Source of the DNA: Adineta vaga
Lineage: Eukaryota > Animalia > Rotifera
Assembly: GCA_021613535.1 (NCBI GenBank)
Contig: CP075492.1
Location: 18,724,001-18,788,000 of the forward strand
Direction: 5' to 3'
DNA length: 64,000 nucleotides
The position numbers and the translations under genes are program-made. Shown here in pieces: positions 37,744 through 51,239 of this stretch. The notes under the pieces were generated by a model that was not told where the DNA came from, searched no databases, and worked only from the letters and a program-made list of their open reading frames with translations. The first letter of the stretch is position 1; each line of letters opens with the position of its first letter.

Positions 37744-39001
37744 ATGCTCGTATTACGTGTTTTCTTCGTTAGCGTATTGTTATACAATGCTCAGGGAGCC
37801 ATCAATCTGTTCTATCCCTCGAATGTCACGGAAGAAAATTGTTCAGGAAATCGTGGTTGGACGATGTGGTTCAATGTAGGGAAACCAAAAGATAATGCAA
37901 GTGGTGATAGCGAAGATATGAGTGTCATATTTGCACAAAATCCCAAAATATTATGTCGTATTCCATTGGCTATTCAAGCTCAATCAGTCAACTATCGAAC
38001 GGGTGGTTGGTCAGTTCAATGGTCTTGGAAATGGCCGGATGCTACACTCTATCTGCTATCATTCTATTCGTTTGCACCTGGTGGCGTCGATTTTCGAGTT
38101 CGATACTGTTGTTCGATAGGTTCATTTGTCGGAACGACAACAACAGCAGCAACGACTCCACTGCCACTTGATAGCAGCACTTGTGGTAAACAACTAACTA
38201 AACCACGATCAAGTAGTTCGAGTCGAATATTTGGTGGAGAAAATGCTATTGCAAATTCATGGCCTTGGGTTAGTATTAAAAGTTAATTATAATTGTTTTA
38301 TAGTTTTTTTTTCTTTTATGTAGATGATTTATTATCAAGAAAAGAAAACATGTGGTAATAATGTATGCTATGGTATATGCGGCGGTACCTTGATCAATAC
38401 AAATTACATTATTACAGCTGCTCATTGTATTGGCACAAAAAATGCAACAGCCATTACTTTGATTGCAGGAATGCATAATCGAATGTCAACTACAGAGACA
38501 GCTACACGACAAATGCGTACTGTTCAATCGATTTACGTTCATCCTGAATACGATACAGTAACCAATATAAACGATATTGCCGTATTGCGTGTAAGTACAC
38601 CGTTTACATTGAGTACCTATGTTCAACCGGCATGTTTACCTGGTGGAGAACCAAAACCAGACGAGCAAGTGGTGGTTGCTGGATGGGGTGCTCAGGCGTT
38701 TGCTGGAACAGTTAATGATATACTCAAACAAGCATATACAAAAATTGTTGATAAATGCGATTCTTGGTGGCCATCCGTAGACAGTTCAAAACAAATATGC
38801 GTGGCCAATTCTATCGATGGAAGTTCGGCATGTCAGGGTGACAGTGGTGGACCCATTCTAGCTCAATACAACGGGCAATATGTTGTATCTGGCGTCGCTA
38901 GCTATGTCAAGGACTGCAACACAAAGGGATCTACTAATTCACCTAATGTCTATACTCGTGTAGCAGCTTACAAAGCATGGATAAAAAGAATCATTAATTA
39001 A
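37744..39001 (+). CDS. Secreted WxxW-domain + trypsin-like serine protease, 2 exons (intron 38269-38323)
   Basis: Signal peptide; WTMWFN...DFRVRYCC; RIFGG activation site; TAAHC, NDIA, GDSGGP triad; GT-AG intron. Confidence 0.9.
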
Positions 39002-39333
39002 ACAAATAACATAAAAATGAGCATGATCGGTTTAATTATATACGTATTTAATTCTTTTTTTTTAAGTTCAAACTCGCACCCAAGTAGAAGACAAAAAAAG
39101 TTTTTCTTTGTTCCAATCTCCTTGAAAACAAATATTGCAACATATAGTTTTTCTTTTTTGCAATAACTAATAAATCATATAAGAAAGCGAAGGAAAAAAT
39201 GTAAATAAAAGCTCAAACTGCTACAGAGAATTGAGAGAACAAAATTTTGCCTTCGTCATAACGCATTGAATACTTAGTTATTTTCTTCTATAACATTAAC
39301 ATTACCATCAAACGATCACAAACCACTAAGAAT

Positions 39334-39424
39334 ATCTAAGGGTGTTGGTGTGGATATGGGTGTGAGTGTCGTCTTTATCTCACATCCACACTCTACACCC
39401 CCAAGATCGCCACACCCTCAAGAT
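39334..39424. repeat. Junction element J21 (doubled right end)
   Basis: atctaagggtgttggtgtgg...gtgag-tgtcgtctttat-ctcacatccacac...cccccaagat-cg-ccacaccctcaagat. Confidence 0.9.
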
Positions 39425-39454
39425 GAATGTTGAAAACTTGATAATTAACTAATT

Positions 39455-39512
39455 TGGGTGTGTGTGAGGATGTGGGTTGTTGTGAGATAGATATAGTGCC
39501 CACACCCAACCT
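39455..39512. repeat. Junction element J22 (related to J19)
   Basis: tgaggatgtgggt...gagatagatatagtg-cccacacccaacct. Confidence 0.8.
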
Positions 39513-41008
39513 TATTTACAAACATTGATTTTACGGTATTTTTATAGGGCTTGATTACTGTGTATGATTGACAATAATAAGCTAAAAGATAAGGTCAGTG
39601 TGAATGCTTGATTTTCTTTAAATATTTTCACTCATATGTTCAATTTTTCAGATTATCTTACCTTTTTCAGGTTCAAATAAAACAAAATGTAATTATAAAT
39701 TGTTTCTTTTTCAAAATAAAATGAATTTAAACACATCATTTCATACAAAACAGAATCAATTGACCATATAAAAGTTGAATAACATAATATAACTCAAATG
39801 TTTTTATCTTTTCTCAAGGAAAAGAATTTATTTTATTTTTTTCTTCTAAATTAATTACTATTGTTGAATAATGACTATAAAAGTTTGCTGAAATAACAAT
39901 ATAGCAGTTTAATTTCCTCAAGAAAAAGAATATGTTTATTTGAAACAACAGAGCTGGTAAGAACTTTCTTTTTCCAAAGAACAAGCAACGCATAAACTTA
40001 AGTTAGTCATGATATAAATTAATATATCGAACCAGTGTCGGTCATCGAAAATCCAGATAGATCCCCTCTTTGGTCTCAGACAAATCGCATGTTGTATACT
40101 CATATAATCTAGGGTTTTCAATTCATGCCGGAAATGAATTACAAAATAACTCAACATTTCTATACAGTATATAAGAAGGATTTAATTCTGGGATCTATAA
40201 AAGTCTAATAAGGCTTCATCGACGTCTACCAGGATCAATATTTCAACCTTCACTCAGAATGAGATGATATGCCCTTTAGGCGTCTAACAGTTTCCACTCA
40301 CACCCATTCTATGCGTTTTCTTAAATATTTAAAGAAACATCTATAAACTGGCACGTGCAAAAATAAAATAAATAATTAAATGGGATATAGAGAAGAACTA
40401 TGTTCTCTCATTCTTTTCTGAAGACTCTTTCATACAACTTTAATAAATGACTTTTTCAAATAGAGAGAAAAAAGAATCATTTTTTTTTAAATATATGAAC
40501 GGTAATACACTCGATGCCGTCTGATAGATTTCAGATGAAATATCCATCCAGAATAATGTATAGTTTTCTTTTATAAAAATCAATAGAGGATACAAAAACT
40601 ATATAGGAACATTTGCAAACACCTAATATTGCACAGTAAATATTCGATTATCGACCTAAAATATACAAACTCTAGCTCGAGTAGAATAGATGAGCACTAG
40701 TCGCAACATTTTCTATCATGATTATTTTTTGTGTATTCTTGCTGACAAAATGCTGTAATTTAAATAAGAAAAAAGAAGAACGCATTTGCTCAATTGAAAA
40801 GAAGTTGTATTTTCTCAAATTACATTTTTCTTCGCATAATGCGTTCGGTTTTAGGCCGCTAGTCATATTAGCATTCGTCAGTTATTAGGTTTTCTTTTTC
40901 AAGAATATTTATACATTGTTTCATTTTACTAGAAAAAATATACTTTCTTTTCTTCGTCATTAAGGATATCATTTGAACTTCAAGTTTATTTCTTCAAGTG
41001 CGTTTTAT

Positions 41009-44000
41009 ATGGCACTCACTTTGACAAACCGTTTGCGGCAATCATTGGTTCGACTAAATCTTTTCAAAAATTCTTCGAGCGACGAACAGAGTCTTTTGAA
41101 AGAACATATTACCACTTGGACATATATATGTTCATTATTTGTATGTATACTTGCAATTATAACTCTTACTGCATTTATGATTCGAACCGTCGAGAAAACT
41201 GAATACGCACCTTCTCCTGCAAAATTTTTACAATTATCGCATAACTATCCAAATACGCTGCGTTGTCCATGCTTCAAAGCTGGTATTATGTATGACACAT
41301 TCGTCAGTACTCAAGTCAGTTTTCATCACGTTTGTTCAAGTCAGTTTATCCAACAAAAATGGATTGATATGATATTCACAAATGAAAATATTTCGTTTAA
41401 GTCAACAGATGATTTTCGTGTTACTCTTAGTTTCTTTTGGCAAATCGTTGCAGGCTTATGTGTCGCCAGCGAAAGTAGTTGGAACAATGCTGTAGCAAGT
41501 TTTCGTGCATCACACATACTCACTCCAACAGCCATGGTCGAAGACTTTATTCGAACTCAAGTGCAGACAGCGCTTAACAATCAGATTGTACTATCTCAAG
41601 CAACATTGGCTCGTAATTTACTGGCGATTCGACGTATGACAAGTGGAAATCAAATTGCGTCAGGTTTACAGACAAATTTTTATTTGCGTTATCCACCAGA
41701 AGGTTTAGGCTCGCAGCTTTCTACTATAATGACACCTCGAATGTTCAACGATTGTTCCTGTTTGAAGATCGAAGGTTGTCCGCGCCCTGCCACTTTCAAA
41801 GATAGTCACTGGGTATTTAGTCACTGTGCAAGGAATGCTAATCGATTGTTTAATGGTTGATGCTACACTCGCTTCGACATTCGAATGCTATTACAATCAG
41901 ACGTGTTTTTCTCTCTTGCATGAAGCATTACCTGTAGATATAAAGACATTGTCGAACAGTTCACTCATACATTTTTCTACACAATCAACTGTACAAATGC
42001 TTTTGGATGAATTGATGATTGATGAAAAGATAATTAATACCAGCTTCGACGTGTACTATACTCAATGCAATCCTGCTTATTGTTCTTATTCATACACACA
42101 TCGCTTTGATATTCTTTTTATTGTTACTACAATTATTGGCATCTTCGGTGGGGTTTCGTTCGTCTTACGACTCCTTGCACCTTTGATTGCCACAGTTATA
42201 CTACGTTGGAAAAATCGAGTCTTGTTAGTTGAAAATATGGCATATATAGAAGCACCACGACAACATCGACGTAAGTTAGAATTTACTTTCCCTGATTTTT
42301 TTCAAGTAAATGTAAAAGAATAAAATATCTACTGCATAGTAAGGACACTAGAGTCCTGCAGTTTCGACAGCAATAGAATGGAAACCGAGGCCGATCGCCG
42401 GTGAATTAATCCCATGTATGATATATAAATCTCTGCACAATAATAGAGCATGGATGTTTCTGTATTTCAGAACCTACCCATAACTTTGGGAATATAGTTA
42501 GATTGAAATTACCTCTCGTTCTAATTTAAAGAAAAGTACATGTCCTTACATTTTAAATTTATTTATGCCCATCTAAACAGCATGAAAGTTTTTTTTTGTC
42601 AGATATATAATCTTCTTGGTGGACTTCTGTTCTGTGGAGAAAGGGGCATTTCATAAGTTTATTAGTTGAATGCAAGTATTCGGATAGGATATTGGTTTTC
42701 TTCGAAAAAACATTGTTTTATGTAGATAGAATAAGTTTTCGATTCTATTTCTAGTCCATATTGTAAGGGGTCGCGTTCAATATTTACAAAACTACGTTCA
42801 ACAAACAATTGTGTCTCTAAATCTTTTTGAAAAGCCAACACCGCGTATACCTATTAACATTTATCGTGAGCAACTTTTAACACGGGTCTTCATTCTTCTC
42901 ATCACTACTTTTTCTATCACTGTTGGCTTTTATATATTTTTTGTTGAACGAAATCAAGTGGTGACAATTACACATCCATCCCTTGCTACCTATCAACAAT
43001 TGTATAATGATCATCCAACTACATTACAATGTCCTTGTTCACAAATATCAGTTCCATACAAAGCGTTTCTCAATGTAACATTCGTTATACATCAAATATG
43101 TTCGAGTGGTCTGGTCTCACCAGTATGGTTAAACTATCTAACACTCTTTGATCCAACTCATGACCAGCATGGACAGATAACTATCGTACTCTTGATTTTC
43201 GCACGGTGGGTGCTTCGTATTTTCAACTTTTAGCTACTTTCTGTTCGATGGTTCAGATTAACATTGCCGATGCACAGCGTATATTCACTGGCACTCAATT
43301 CATTAATGATCGCGTTCTTGCTCCACCACTCTTTGCTCAACAAACTCAAGATATCATAGATTCATTTATCAACACAACACGGAACAACTTTGTACGTACA
43401 TTCGACTGGATTAACATCGCTTTTATCACCAGTCAGTTTTTCACTGGAGGAAACATTAATTGTCAGGCTTATGAAACCGATGACGATTATCTTCATGTTG
43501 AGTATACCGTATATGTACTCTATACTGAAATAACAAGCACAGGAATGTATAGTTCGGGGCCTTGTTCGTGTGGAGAGAGATATAAGGAGTGCTTTATTAT
43601 TCCTGAATTATATACAAATGCATCATATCTTAATCAATCTGGGTCGTATTTGTTCTTTAAAATGATAAACATCGGATGTACACCTTTAGGTGGATTTCTG
43701 AGTTCAAAGGGTGAGTGGTGGTACAACATCACATATCTGGAATACATTCGAGAAACTTATTCTATTGTCATTAACTCTCAATCTCCGCCCGACATAAAAT
43801 CTCTCAATGCATCAATACCCACTCACTTTGAAAATGTAACAACGATTGATTTAATTCGTGAAATGTTGTTAGAAACATCGAAAACGAACAACACACGTTT
43901 TGATCAATTCTATAACGAATGTGCACCACTCGCTTGTACATACACAAATGTTCAACGTCGTGATATTATCGAGGCATTGTTGCTTCTTATAGCTATATGT

Positions 44001-46069
44001 GGTGGTCTGAACAAAGGTTTCCAAATACTTGTACCGCTGTTTGGTAAACTTCTTTTGTCTTGGGTTGATTGGTGTAAAACGCGGCATATTCGGCGCGGTG
44101 AGTGCTACAATGATTACTATCTTCTTTTCTCTGGAAGACCTTACATTTTCATAACAAGCTGAGTAAGATATGTTTGCATTCCATAGAAAATTTTCAATTA
44201 AAAAATATGCACATAGTATGTTTTGGGCGATTACAGTATCATATTTTGTAGGTATCCGAATATGATAATACGGTTTTTCTAAACAGAAAAACACCCCCTT
44301 CAGATCTTTCCATAATTTGAAAATACTTTTATCAGTAACAAATATTATTGATTTGATCTTATACGTTTTCATTCTAGTTCAACCTTCAATGAGCGCTCGT
44401 CTCAAGCATCTGTTAAGCATTACTCATCGATCAATCACAAATATCAATATATATGCGACTGCAACAACTGATGAGCGCTTTACATGGCAACAACAGATGA
44501 ATACTCGAGTCTATTTAGTTCTTTATATTGGCTCTCTTAGTGTTTCTACTCTTTTATACAGCTATTGTTGAACGTACTATCAGCAAAACTTATTTAATAT
44601 CGTCGATTACGGATTATGAACAACTTGTGAATCTCCATTCAGATGATCAGCTGTCCCTTACACACATATCGATTCCTTACAGTGACTTTATCACCGAACT
44701 ACGAGTCAATACATACCATGAACTATGTACAACGACTAAGATTGCAGATATTTTGACGCTCGGTAATATAATGATTAATACTCTGAAAGAATACTTTGGA
44801 TTACTAATATAACCTATACGTAGATGAGATCAGAAACTCACTGAAACACATTGGAAACAGATCGATGTACAACAAAATATTCGATTCTTTGTAATACTAG
44901 GTTTATAAGAAAACGTTTCTCAGCATATTTGATCTAAACAAAGTTGTCTTCTGAATTAAACCATTCTATTAAAATAGTAAAAGATGTGACATTTATTGAG
45001 TAAAGGAAATATGAAAAAATAGTTAAAATATGATTTCGATAGAAAAAATCATTTGACATCGGGATATTTTTATTTGTTTTTGAGAAATCAAGACTCGATT
45101 AGAATAGACGACAAATATGCTATGAAAATGTTTAAACTTTTGACGTATCTATTATATATCTTTGTAGACGTTGTGTTCATGCCTGGTTCAAATTTTGAGA
45201 GCACAAGTAGTTTCTTATCGTGGAAGTTTTTTTTTATCGACTCTCTCGGTCTACTTTGTTCATTGGCACAAGAAAGTGTTGACAATAGTATTGACGTATT
45301 TCATGCGTCGACTTTGCTCACCAATAATCTCAAGTCTTCTGTTCAATTCATGCACGACATAAATGAGACTTTATTGCAGTTTCAAAAAAGAACACCAGCT
45401 GCATTTGCTCAAACGTTAGATCTTGTTCGTACAACTGCACAAGGAAATGCTCTCCTAGCTATGTTTTCATCAAATTGGGATTTACTCGTTGCTGAAAAAG
45501 GCCAAGGAAGAAATGCTGTGTTTCTTACTGCACCTGTCATTCATAACAATATAGAACAAAATACAAGTTGTTCATGTGCTACTTTACGAACGTGCACGAT
45601 CCCACTAGAAATCGTTGGTCTTTTTAGCACGGCTATTGCTGATGGCATGGTATTTGGTTGTTATTTGCTGGAGACAATACTCCTTTCATCAGTGGCTTGT
45701 TTCTATTCTGAAACATGCATCACCAACTTTCGAAATGCACTAGATGCGATCCCATTTTCTTCAGAAAATTTTATCAAACTCAACGATACATCGTCACGAT
45801 TCGGTATCAATGACACAATCGAGAAAATGGCTTACGAACTGTTTATAGAATCATGGACGAGTAATGTATCTTATGAAAGATTTTTCGATAGATGTTCTCC
45901 AAGTTACTGTATTTATACGTATTCTTATCGATTTGATGCACTTGAATTGTTAACTACATTTCTAAGCGTGTTTGCTGGTCTCTCTCTTGGAATTCGGTTC
46001 CTGGTTCCTCATCTCATCAACACGTTAAAAAATATTAAACACCGTTTTCGAATCACACCACTCCAATAA
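41009..46069 (+). pseudogene. Large multi-exon membrane protein with three tandem Cys-containing modules; apparent frameshifts near 41820 and 43200
   Basis: Repeated TL(R/Q)CPC, H(H/Q)(V/I)CSS, CSC..C, YY..C.P..C.Y and TM helices; GT-AG junctions near 42270, 44098, 44763. Confidence 0.65.
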
Positions 46070-46224
46070 TCCTATTTATCAAAAACACATTACAGACTAT
46101 TATCTATATATATAAGCAATTCGTTTGTTCGGAAGTTCTGAGTTCTATTCAACTACCTATCGGACATTAAAGCTACACTTTTGATTTTTTGATCGCTATA
46201 TTAAATATTACATAAAATTATGAA

Positions 46225-46479
46225 TAGTGATGGCACTTTAACTTTACTTTAAAAATCAAAGTTACAGTAAAAACTTTAACTTTAATTAAAGTATAGTAAA
46301 AAACCGAAAATATTTTTAGCTCGCCCTGTTTAATTTTATATGGTTTTGGATAATAATTTTCAACTTTAAAATTCCTTTAATTAAAGTTAAAGTTTTTACT
46401 GTAACTTTAAATTTAAAGTAAAAGTAAAAGCTTTAAACTTTAAGCACTTTTTCAAAGTAAAGTTAAAGTGCCACCCCTA
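46225..46479. mobile_element. hAT-type MITE
   Basis: TIRs tagtgatggcactttaactttacttt / aaagtaaagttaaagtgccaccccta; 8-bp TSD attatgaa. Confidence 0.9.
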
Positions 46480-46673
46480 ATTATGAAACAGAATGCATGC
46501 TTAACTATTTGTTCTACTACTGTTGTTCTTGAATATGTAATGTATATTCGTATTGCTTTTGTGAACGATTGATTCTCTTTTAATTACAAATAAAAACTCG
46601 TCGGGTTTGCTTAGAAAAGGAGAACTTAAAGAAATACTGATTATATATGATCAATCAGAGGAGTAATTTAGCT

Positions 46674-46735
46674 GGAGTGTGAATGTGAGTATGGATGTGT
46701 TTATTATACTCGTTCCACATCCATACCCTCAAGAT
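46674..46735. repeat. Junction element J23
   Basis: gtatggatgtg-tttattatactcgttc-cacatccatac-cctcaagat; variant arms are exact mirrors. Confidence 0.9.
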
Positions 46736-46980
46736 GGAGAGCCCTTCTTACTCACGTTTCTAAGAAACGACCGAGCGGAATGTTTTCATCATCAAATTTT
46801 TATTTTAATCAAATCAAAATCAAAAGAGAGTATGATTATAAATATTAATTTCAATCCAAATCTTATAATGTACTCTATCGACACTTCCGTATACATCCAA
46901 GATTGTCATCTCCACCACAAATAAAATTTATCATTCACAATGTTTATCATAGAATCATCAAGAAGATTTTCTGATGTAAT

Positions 46981-47122
46981 TAAGGATGTGGTATGGGTAT
47001 GGGTGTAAACGAGAGCAAAACAACTACTCTCACTCATACCCACATCCATACCCACACCCTATACTCACCCTCAGCCTCGTGAAAAACGTTAGTTTTGTGG
47101 TAGTTTTACTCACCCCCTCAAA
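46981..47122. repeat. Junction element J24 plus trailing partial copy
   Basis: ggatgtggtatgggtatgggtgt-aaacgagagcaaaacaactact-ctcactcatacccacatccatacccacaccct...caccctcag; ctcaccccctcaaa at ~47109-47122. Confidence 0.85.
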
Positions 47123-47280
47123 TTTTTCTACAAGATTAGATATTTATTAGTATTTTTCATACATTTGGATACTACTCAGTGAAGAAAAATAAAGGTCAAA
47201 AACAAACGAAGGCATCATTTAAAAAGAACGGTTAGTAACTAGTTAAAGAAGTCTTTCGTGCTTGCATATTAATTTTTTTG

Positions 47281-47874
47281 TTACAATTTAGACAGTTCTG
47301 TAAGTAATCGTTCAGTTACTTCTTCAGGAGATTCGGAACAGCACCGAACTTTGATAAGTTTCTTTTCTTGATCCAACTGATTGATCAAAGGAACCGTATC
47401 TTGTATGAAGATTGTATATCGACGTTCAGCAGTACCAGTATTGTCATCATAACGACAACGGTGAGCTCGACGTTCGTCGAGTTGCGACTTAGATACATCA
47501 AGATAGATAGCAGCAAAAATGCGTCGAGCAGTATTGGTTAGGATCTTATCAAGAACTGCTAGATGCGAAAAATTGCGCGGAAATCCGTCTATAATCATGC
47601 CGTTTCTATAGAGCGGTTCGTTAAATTTAGCGGTAAGGAAGGTCGTGGTCAGCTCGTTGGGAATTGTTTCTCCCGAGTCCATATATGCTGCTAATTGCTG
47701 TCCTAATGCAGTACCATTGGCCACTTCAGCACGAAAAAGGTCTCCCGGTGATAAATATGGTAGCTGCAAGGCTTTTCCTAGAATTTTACTCTGTGTACTC
47801 TTTCCCGAACACGGTGCTCCTATGAGGACAATCACGTCGTGACCAATCTTCTCTTGAATCATTTTAACGAGCAT
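47281..47874 (-). CDS. adk: Adenylate kinase, short LID-less type (197 aa)
   Basis: GAPCSGKSTQ P-loop, SPGDLFR, IIDGFPR, R.R.DD; intronless. Confidence 0.85.
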   Translation of the reverse strand: MLVKMIQEKIGHDVIVLIGAPCSGKSTQSKILGKALQLPYLSPGDLFRAEVANGTALGQQLAAYMDSGETIPNELTTTFLTAKFNEPLYRNGMIIDGFPRNFSHLAVLDKILTNTARRIFAAIYLDVSKSQLDERRAHRCRYDDNTGTAERRYTIFIQDTVPLINQLDQEKKLIKVRCCSESPEEVTERLLTELSKL

Positions 47875-48643
47875 ATCGCTGTTTAACTGGCGTCTTTTAG
47901 ATAATGTATGTCACTTTGAAAGTTGTACTGCGATATTCAATTCGGTCAACAGATGGTGGAAAATCAAAATATATTAACTATTCAATACAAACAAACAAAT
48001 AGTTGCGATGCAAATAGGTATGTTGAATAAAGTGAAACAAACACCGTTAAAACAGATGTATAAAAAAATGTTGATCACTTTTGTTGTTTTCACCAACGAT
48101 CCTTGAATGAAAAACAGATTAAAGTATTTTTTAATACTAATTAAAGAGAAAAACTTATGCACACAATACAGGATAATCGAATGACTTATTCTAAAACGAC
48201 GGTCGATATAGTGAACAAGTGAAAAAAAAGATGCTATACCGAATCATTTTTTTTCAAAAATCGAAACCTTTTTCGGTTTTATACCATGCTCTAAATCTTC
48301 ATTGATTTCATATGGCACTTTTTTTTTCAGTGTAAGCTGATGGTTGTTGAAGAGAGAATACAAAAGACTACGTGGATACGTCCAAAAGAGCGTCTCTTTA
48401 TGGCCTTCTAGTCTCGTGTGCTGTTGCAAAAATGTGACGATGATTTTTTTGTTTATGAATTCAGTTTGAAATAGTAAAAAAGACCACCGATTTTTTTTCA
48501 CTAGGAAACTGATTATTTTACTAAAAATATGTCAAAATAAATTTGGAAACCTCGGATTTAAATCTGAGGGTTATATGTACTTCAAAAAGTAATAAAAAAA
48601 CTGGAGAATCAAGTTAGTAGGTACCACACTGTAGGCGTTCTAT

Positions 48644-48776
48644 CAAGGGGGAAAAGCGAGACTTCTACTTCGAAATACTTCACGTACTTCAGTGGTACTT
48701 CCACGTACTTCAGCCTTACTTCACTCATACTTCAAATACTTCAAAAAGTATTTGAAGTATCGCTTTTTCCACCTTG
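48644..48776. mobile_element. hAT-type MITE with internal TACTTC repeats
   Basis: caagggggaaaagcga...tcgctttttccaccttg; exact 8-bp TSD cgttctat. Confidence 0.85.
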
Positions 48777-48919
48777 CGTTCTATCTAGTGATCATTGACT
48801 CCACTCCCAGAGTGATATAATTACTTTAGGAATCACAGAAACTGAGTTCTGATTCGTGTTCAGCTTGTAAAACTGGGTAGGAAGAGTTATTTCAGGATGT
48901 ATTTGTACTTGTATCTAGA

Positions 48920-49500
48920 GGGATTACGGTCATAAGTAGCTTCATGGATCTATGATAGACAGAGATATCAATATTTTCATTATAACTCTTCAGTATTAAT
49001 AGCTATCGACGAGTTCGGATGTTTTTCCATTTGATAACTCTTTTTAGTAGCTACAAAGTCGTGCATCTAAAAAGTCCCCAAATCACCAGTCATCTGAAAA
49101 ATATTTAGGCACATTGATCTCGGGAACACAGTTTTTGTGTATTTGAGATCTTTTTAGACAACTTTTAGTTACAAACCTACGATTTGATTCAACGCAAATA
49201 CCATATTCTGAATCAACCTTAAAAACTAAGTCGATTCATATATGTCTTAAATAATTCTGAGAAGAATATTTTTTTTGAAAAAAATCCCTGTACCTCCCTC
49301 ACGGATGGTCGAGTCAAGAATGACAATTTTTTCGATAACTCAGCCATTTGTTGCGGATCATTCTCATATTCAAACCCGACTGAGATATTGCCGAGACAAT
49401 TCTGTGTACAAAATTTCAGCATAATCGGATGTGGTTGTGAAGAGTTATCGTGTAAACGGTCGGACACACTGATCGATTTTAGAGTGTACTCACTTTTTGT
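48920..49500 (-). mobile_element. Helentron/DINE-1-like element, inverted relative of 21745-22330
   Basis: agagttatcgtgtaaacgg...agtgtactcacttttt; ttttcgataactcagccattt shared in reverse complement. Confidence 0.6.
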
Positions 49501-50778
49501 TTAAAAATCACGCTTCCAGTGAAAAACTCAATTTGTTAGTAAAAAACTCGCTTTCCTAGTGAAAAAATAGACCTCTTGAATAAAAATAAGTTTTTGGGAA
49601 CAAACATTGAAACGTTTGGAATAGGTTCCTAGAAGAATGTGGTACTAACTTCACTTATACTACACCACGTGTGTTTTTTCATACTGAATGAGAAATTCTG
49701 TAACTTAAAAACAAAACGCTTTTACAATCTGAAATTTCTGGCTACTTTCAGTGGGAAAAACAGAAAATTATTCCTAACCTTTGAAGAAAGAACGACGGAC
49801 CGAAATCTATTCAGTCTTTTTACCAACTCGATGTCCTCTATCGATTGGCATATGAATGAAGGAACTCAGAGCGTATCAGCTAAGGCGGTTTCCTCGTTAC
49901 TATTACTATCGGTACCGAATACGATGTACTTAAGCAGAAGATCAATGCACAGTTGTGAAATAAAAAATATTTGTACTTCGAACTGTATTTAGTGCACGTC
50001 TGAACACAATTTATAACAAATCGGATTAGAACAAGCCTGTTTTGTGATTGTCGTTTACATGGAAGATAAGTTTGGATTTTATAAAACTTTCTAGAGAATC
50101 GTTTAATATCTAATAGCTTGTGAAATGTTACGTACTTATCAATAATTTGTGTGCATGGTAAGGGTAATGATTCGCGAAATATTTTGTATCGATGTGCGGA
50201 TGAATACATTTTACTCTTCCCTGGTATCATTATTTTTTCTTTTCTATCGTTCTTTTGCTTTTTCTTTCTATGATGTCATGTTTTCTTTCTTTGCTTTCTT
50301 TTCTCTTGCTTTATGACACGGTGCGTTGGATATGTTATGATGAGACACGAGGAGTGTATAACTGAGTCAAGTTCGACTGAAGGGAACGTTACAAAATTGT
50401 TTTATTAATCATAAGATACAACAGAAAGAAATTCTAAGGCGCAATTACAATTCGAACTGAAACGACACTTGCGCGTAATTGTCTGATTCAGATTGAAATT
50501 TGAATGAAATTTTGAAACCTTCTGAGGACGGCATCAGAATAAGAAAATTGGTAAAAGTTTTATCTTAATTGTAGTTCATAGTTGAGATGATAGTGTTCTA
50601 ACAAAATGACATCAAATCAAATGATAAGATATTTTCAGAAGTTCGAATTACAAACGGTGAAAGCATTCGAATGCAATAGATATGTTTATTTTCTTCTTTA
50701 TTTTAATACAGAAATTTTCGACCTTTTTCGTTGGAAAAGACGGTCATTATCAGCCAGACTAATCCACTACAGAAAAAA

Positions 50779-50850
50779 TAAATGCGGAAACTTCGGATTT
50801 TATCCGAGAGTTATGTGTACTGCAAAAAGTGTATGGAAGAGATGGACTAT
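50779..50850 (-). repeat. Dispersed ~70 bp repeat, inverted copy of ~22432-22502
   Basis: aaatgcggaaacttcggattttat.cgagagttatgtgtactgcaaaaagtgtatgg. Confidence 0.8.
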
Positions 50851-51178
50851 CAATGAAAAACAAATTGTGAGAAAAAATTGTATAAAAAAGGAATGGTTAC
50901 ACTCCTATCGAATTGGAAAGTCTAGCTGTTGACAAAAAAAATGATCGAGACAAGCTTGAAATAATATAGGTTCTGAAGCCGGAACTGCTTTGCAGTTCCC
51001 TAGTATGAATATACTTTTTTTTCATGCCAATTCCCAAAGGAAGTTTATTCAGTAGTTTCCATTATTTTCAGACTGATACATTATCTTTACACTTTTTGCT
51101 TCTTAACTGTTTCAAGTCAGATCGATGATTTTTCTATATTTTAATTTCTCGATAAGTAAATTTTTGTTACTTTTATGT

Positions 51179-51239
51179 CAGAGCTAGGACAAACACAAGT
51201 ACGACAACTAAGAGTAAAAATGCTTTCGTCCTAGCTCTG
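51179..51239. mobile_element. 61-bp mini-MITE
   Basis: 12-bp TIR cagagctaggac / gtcctagctctg; 6/8 flank match. Confidence 0.55.
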
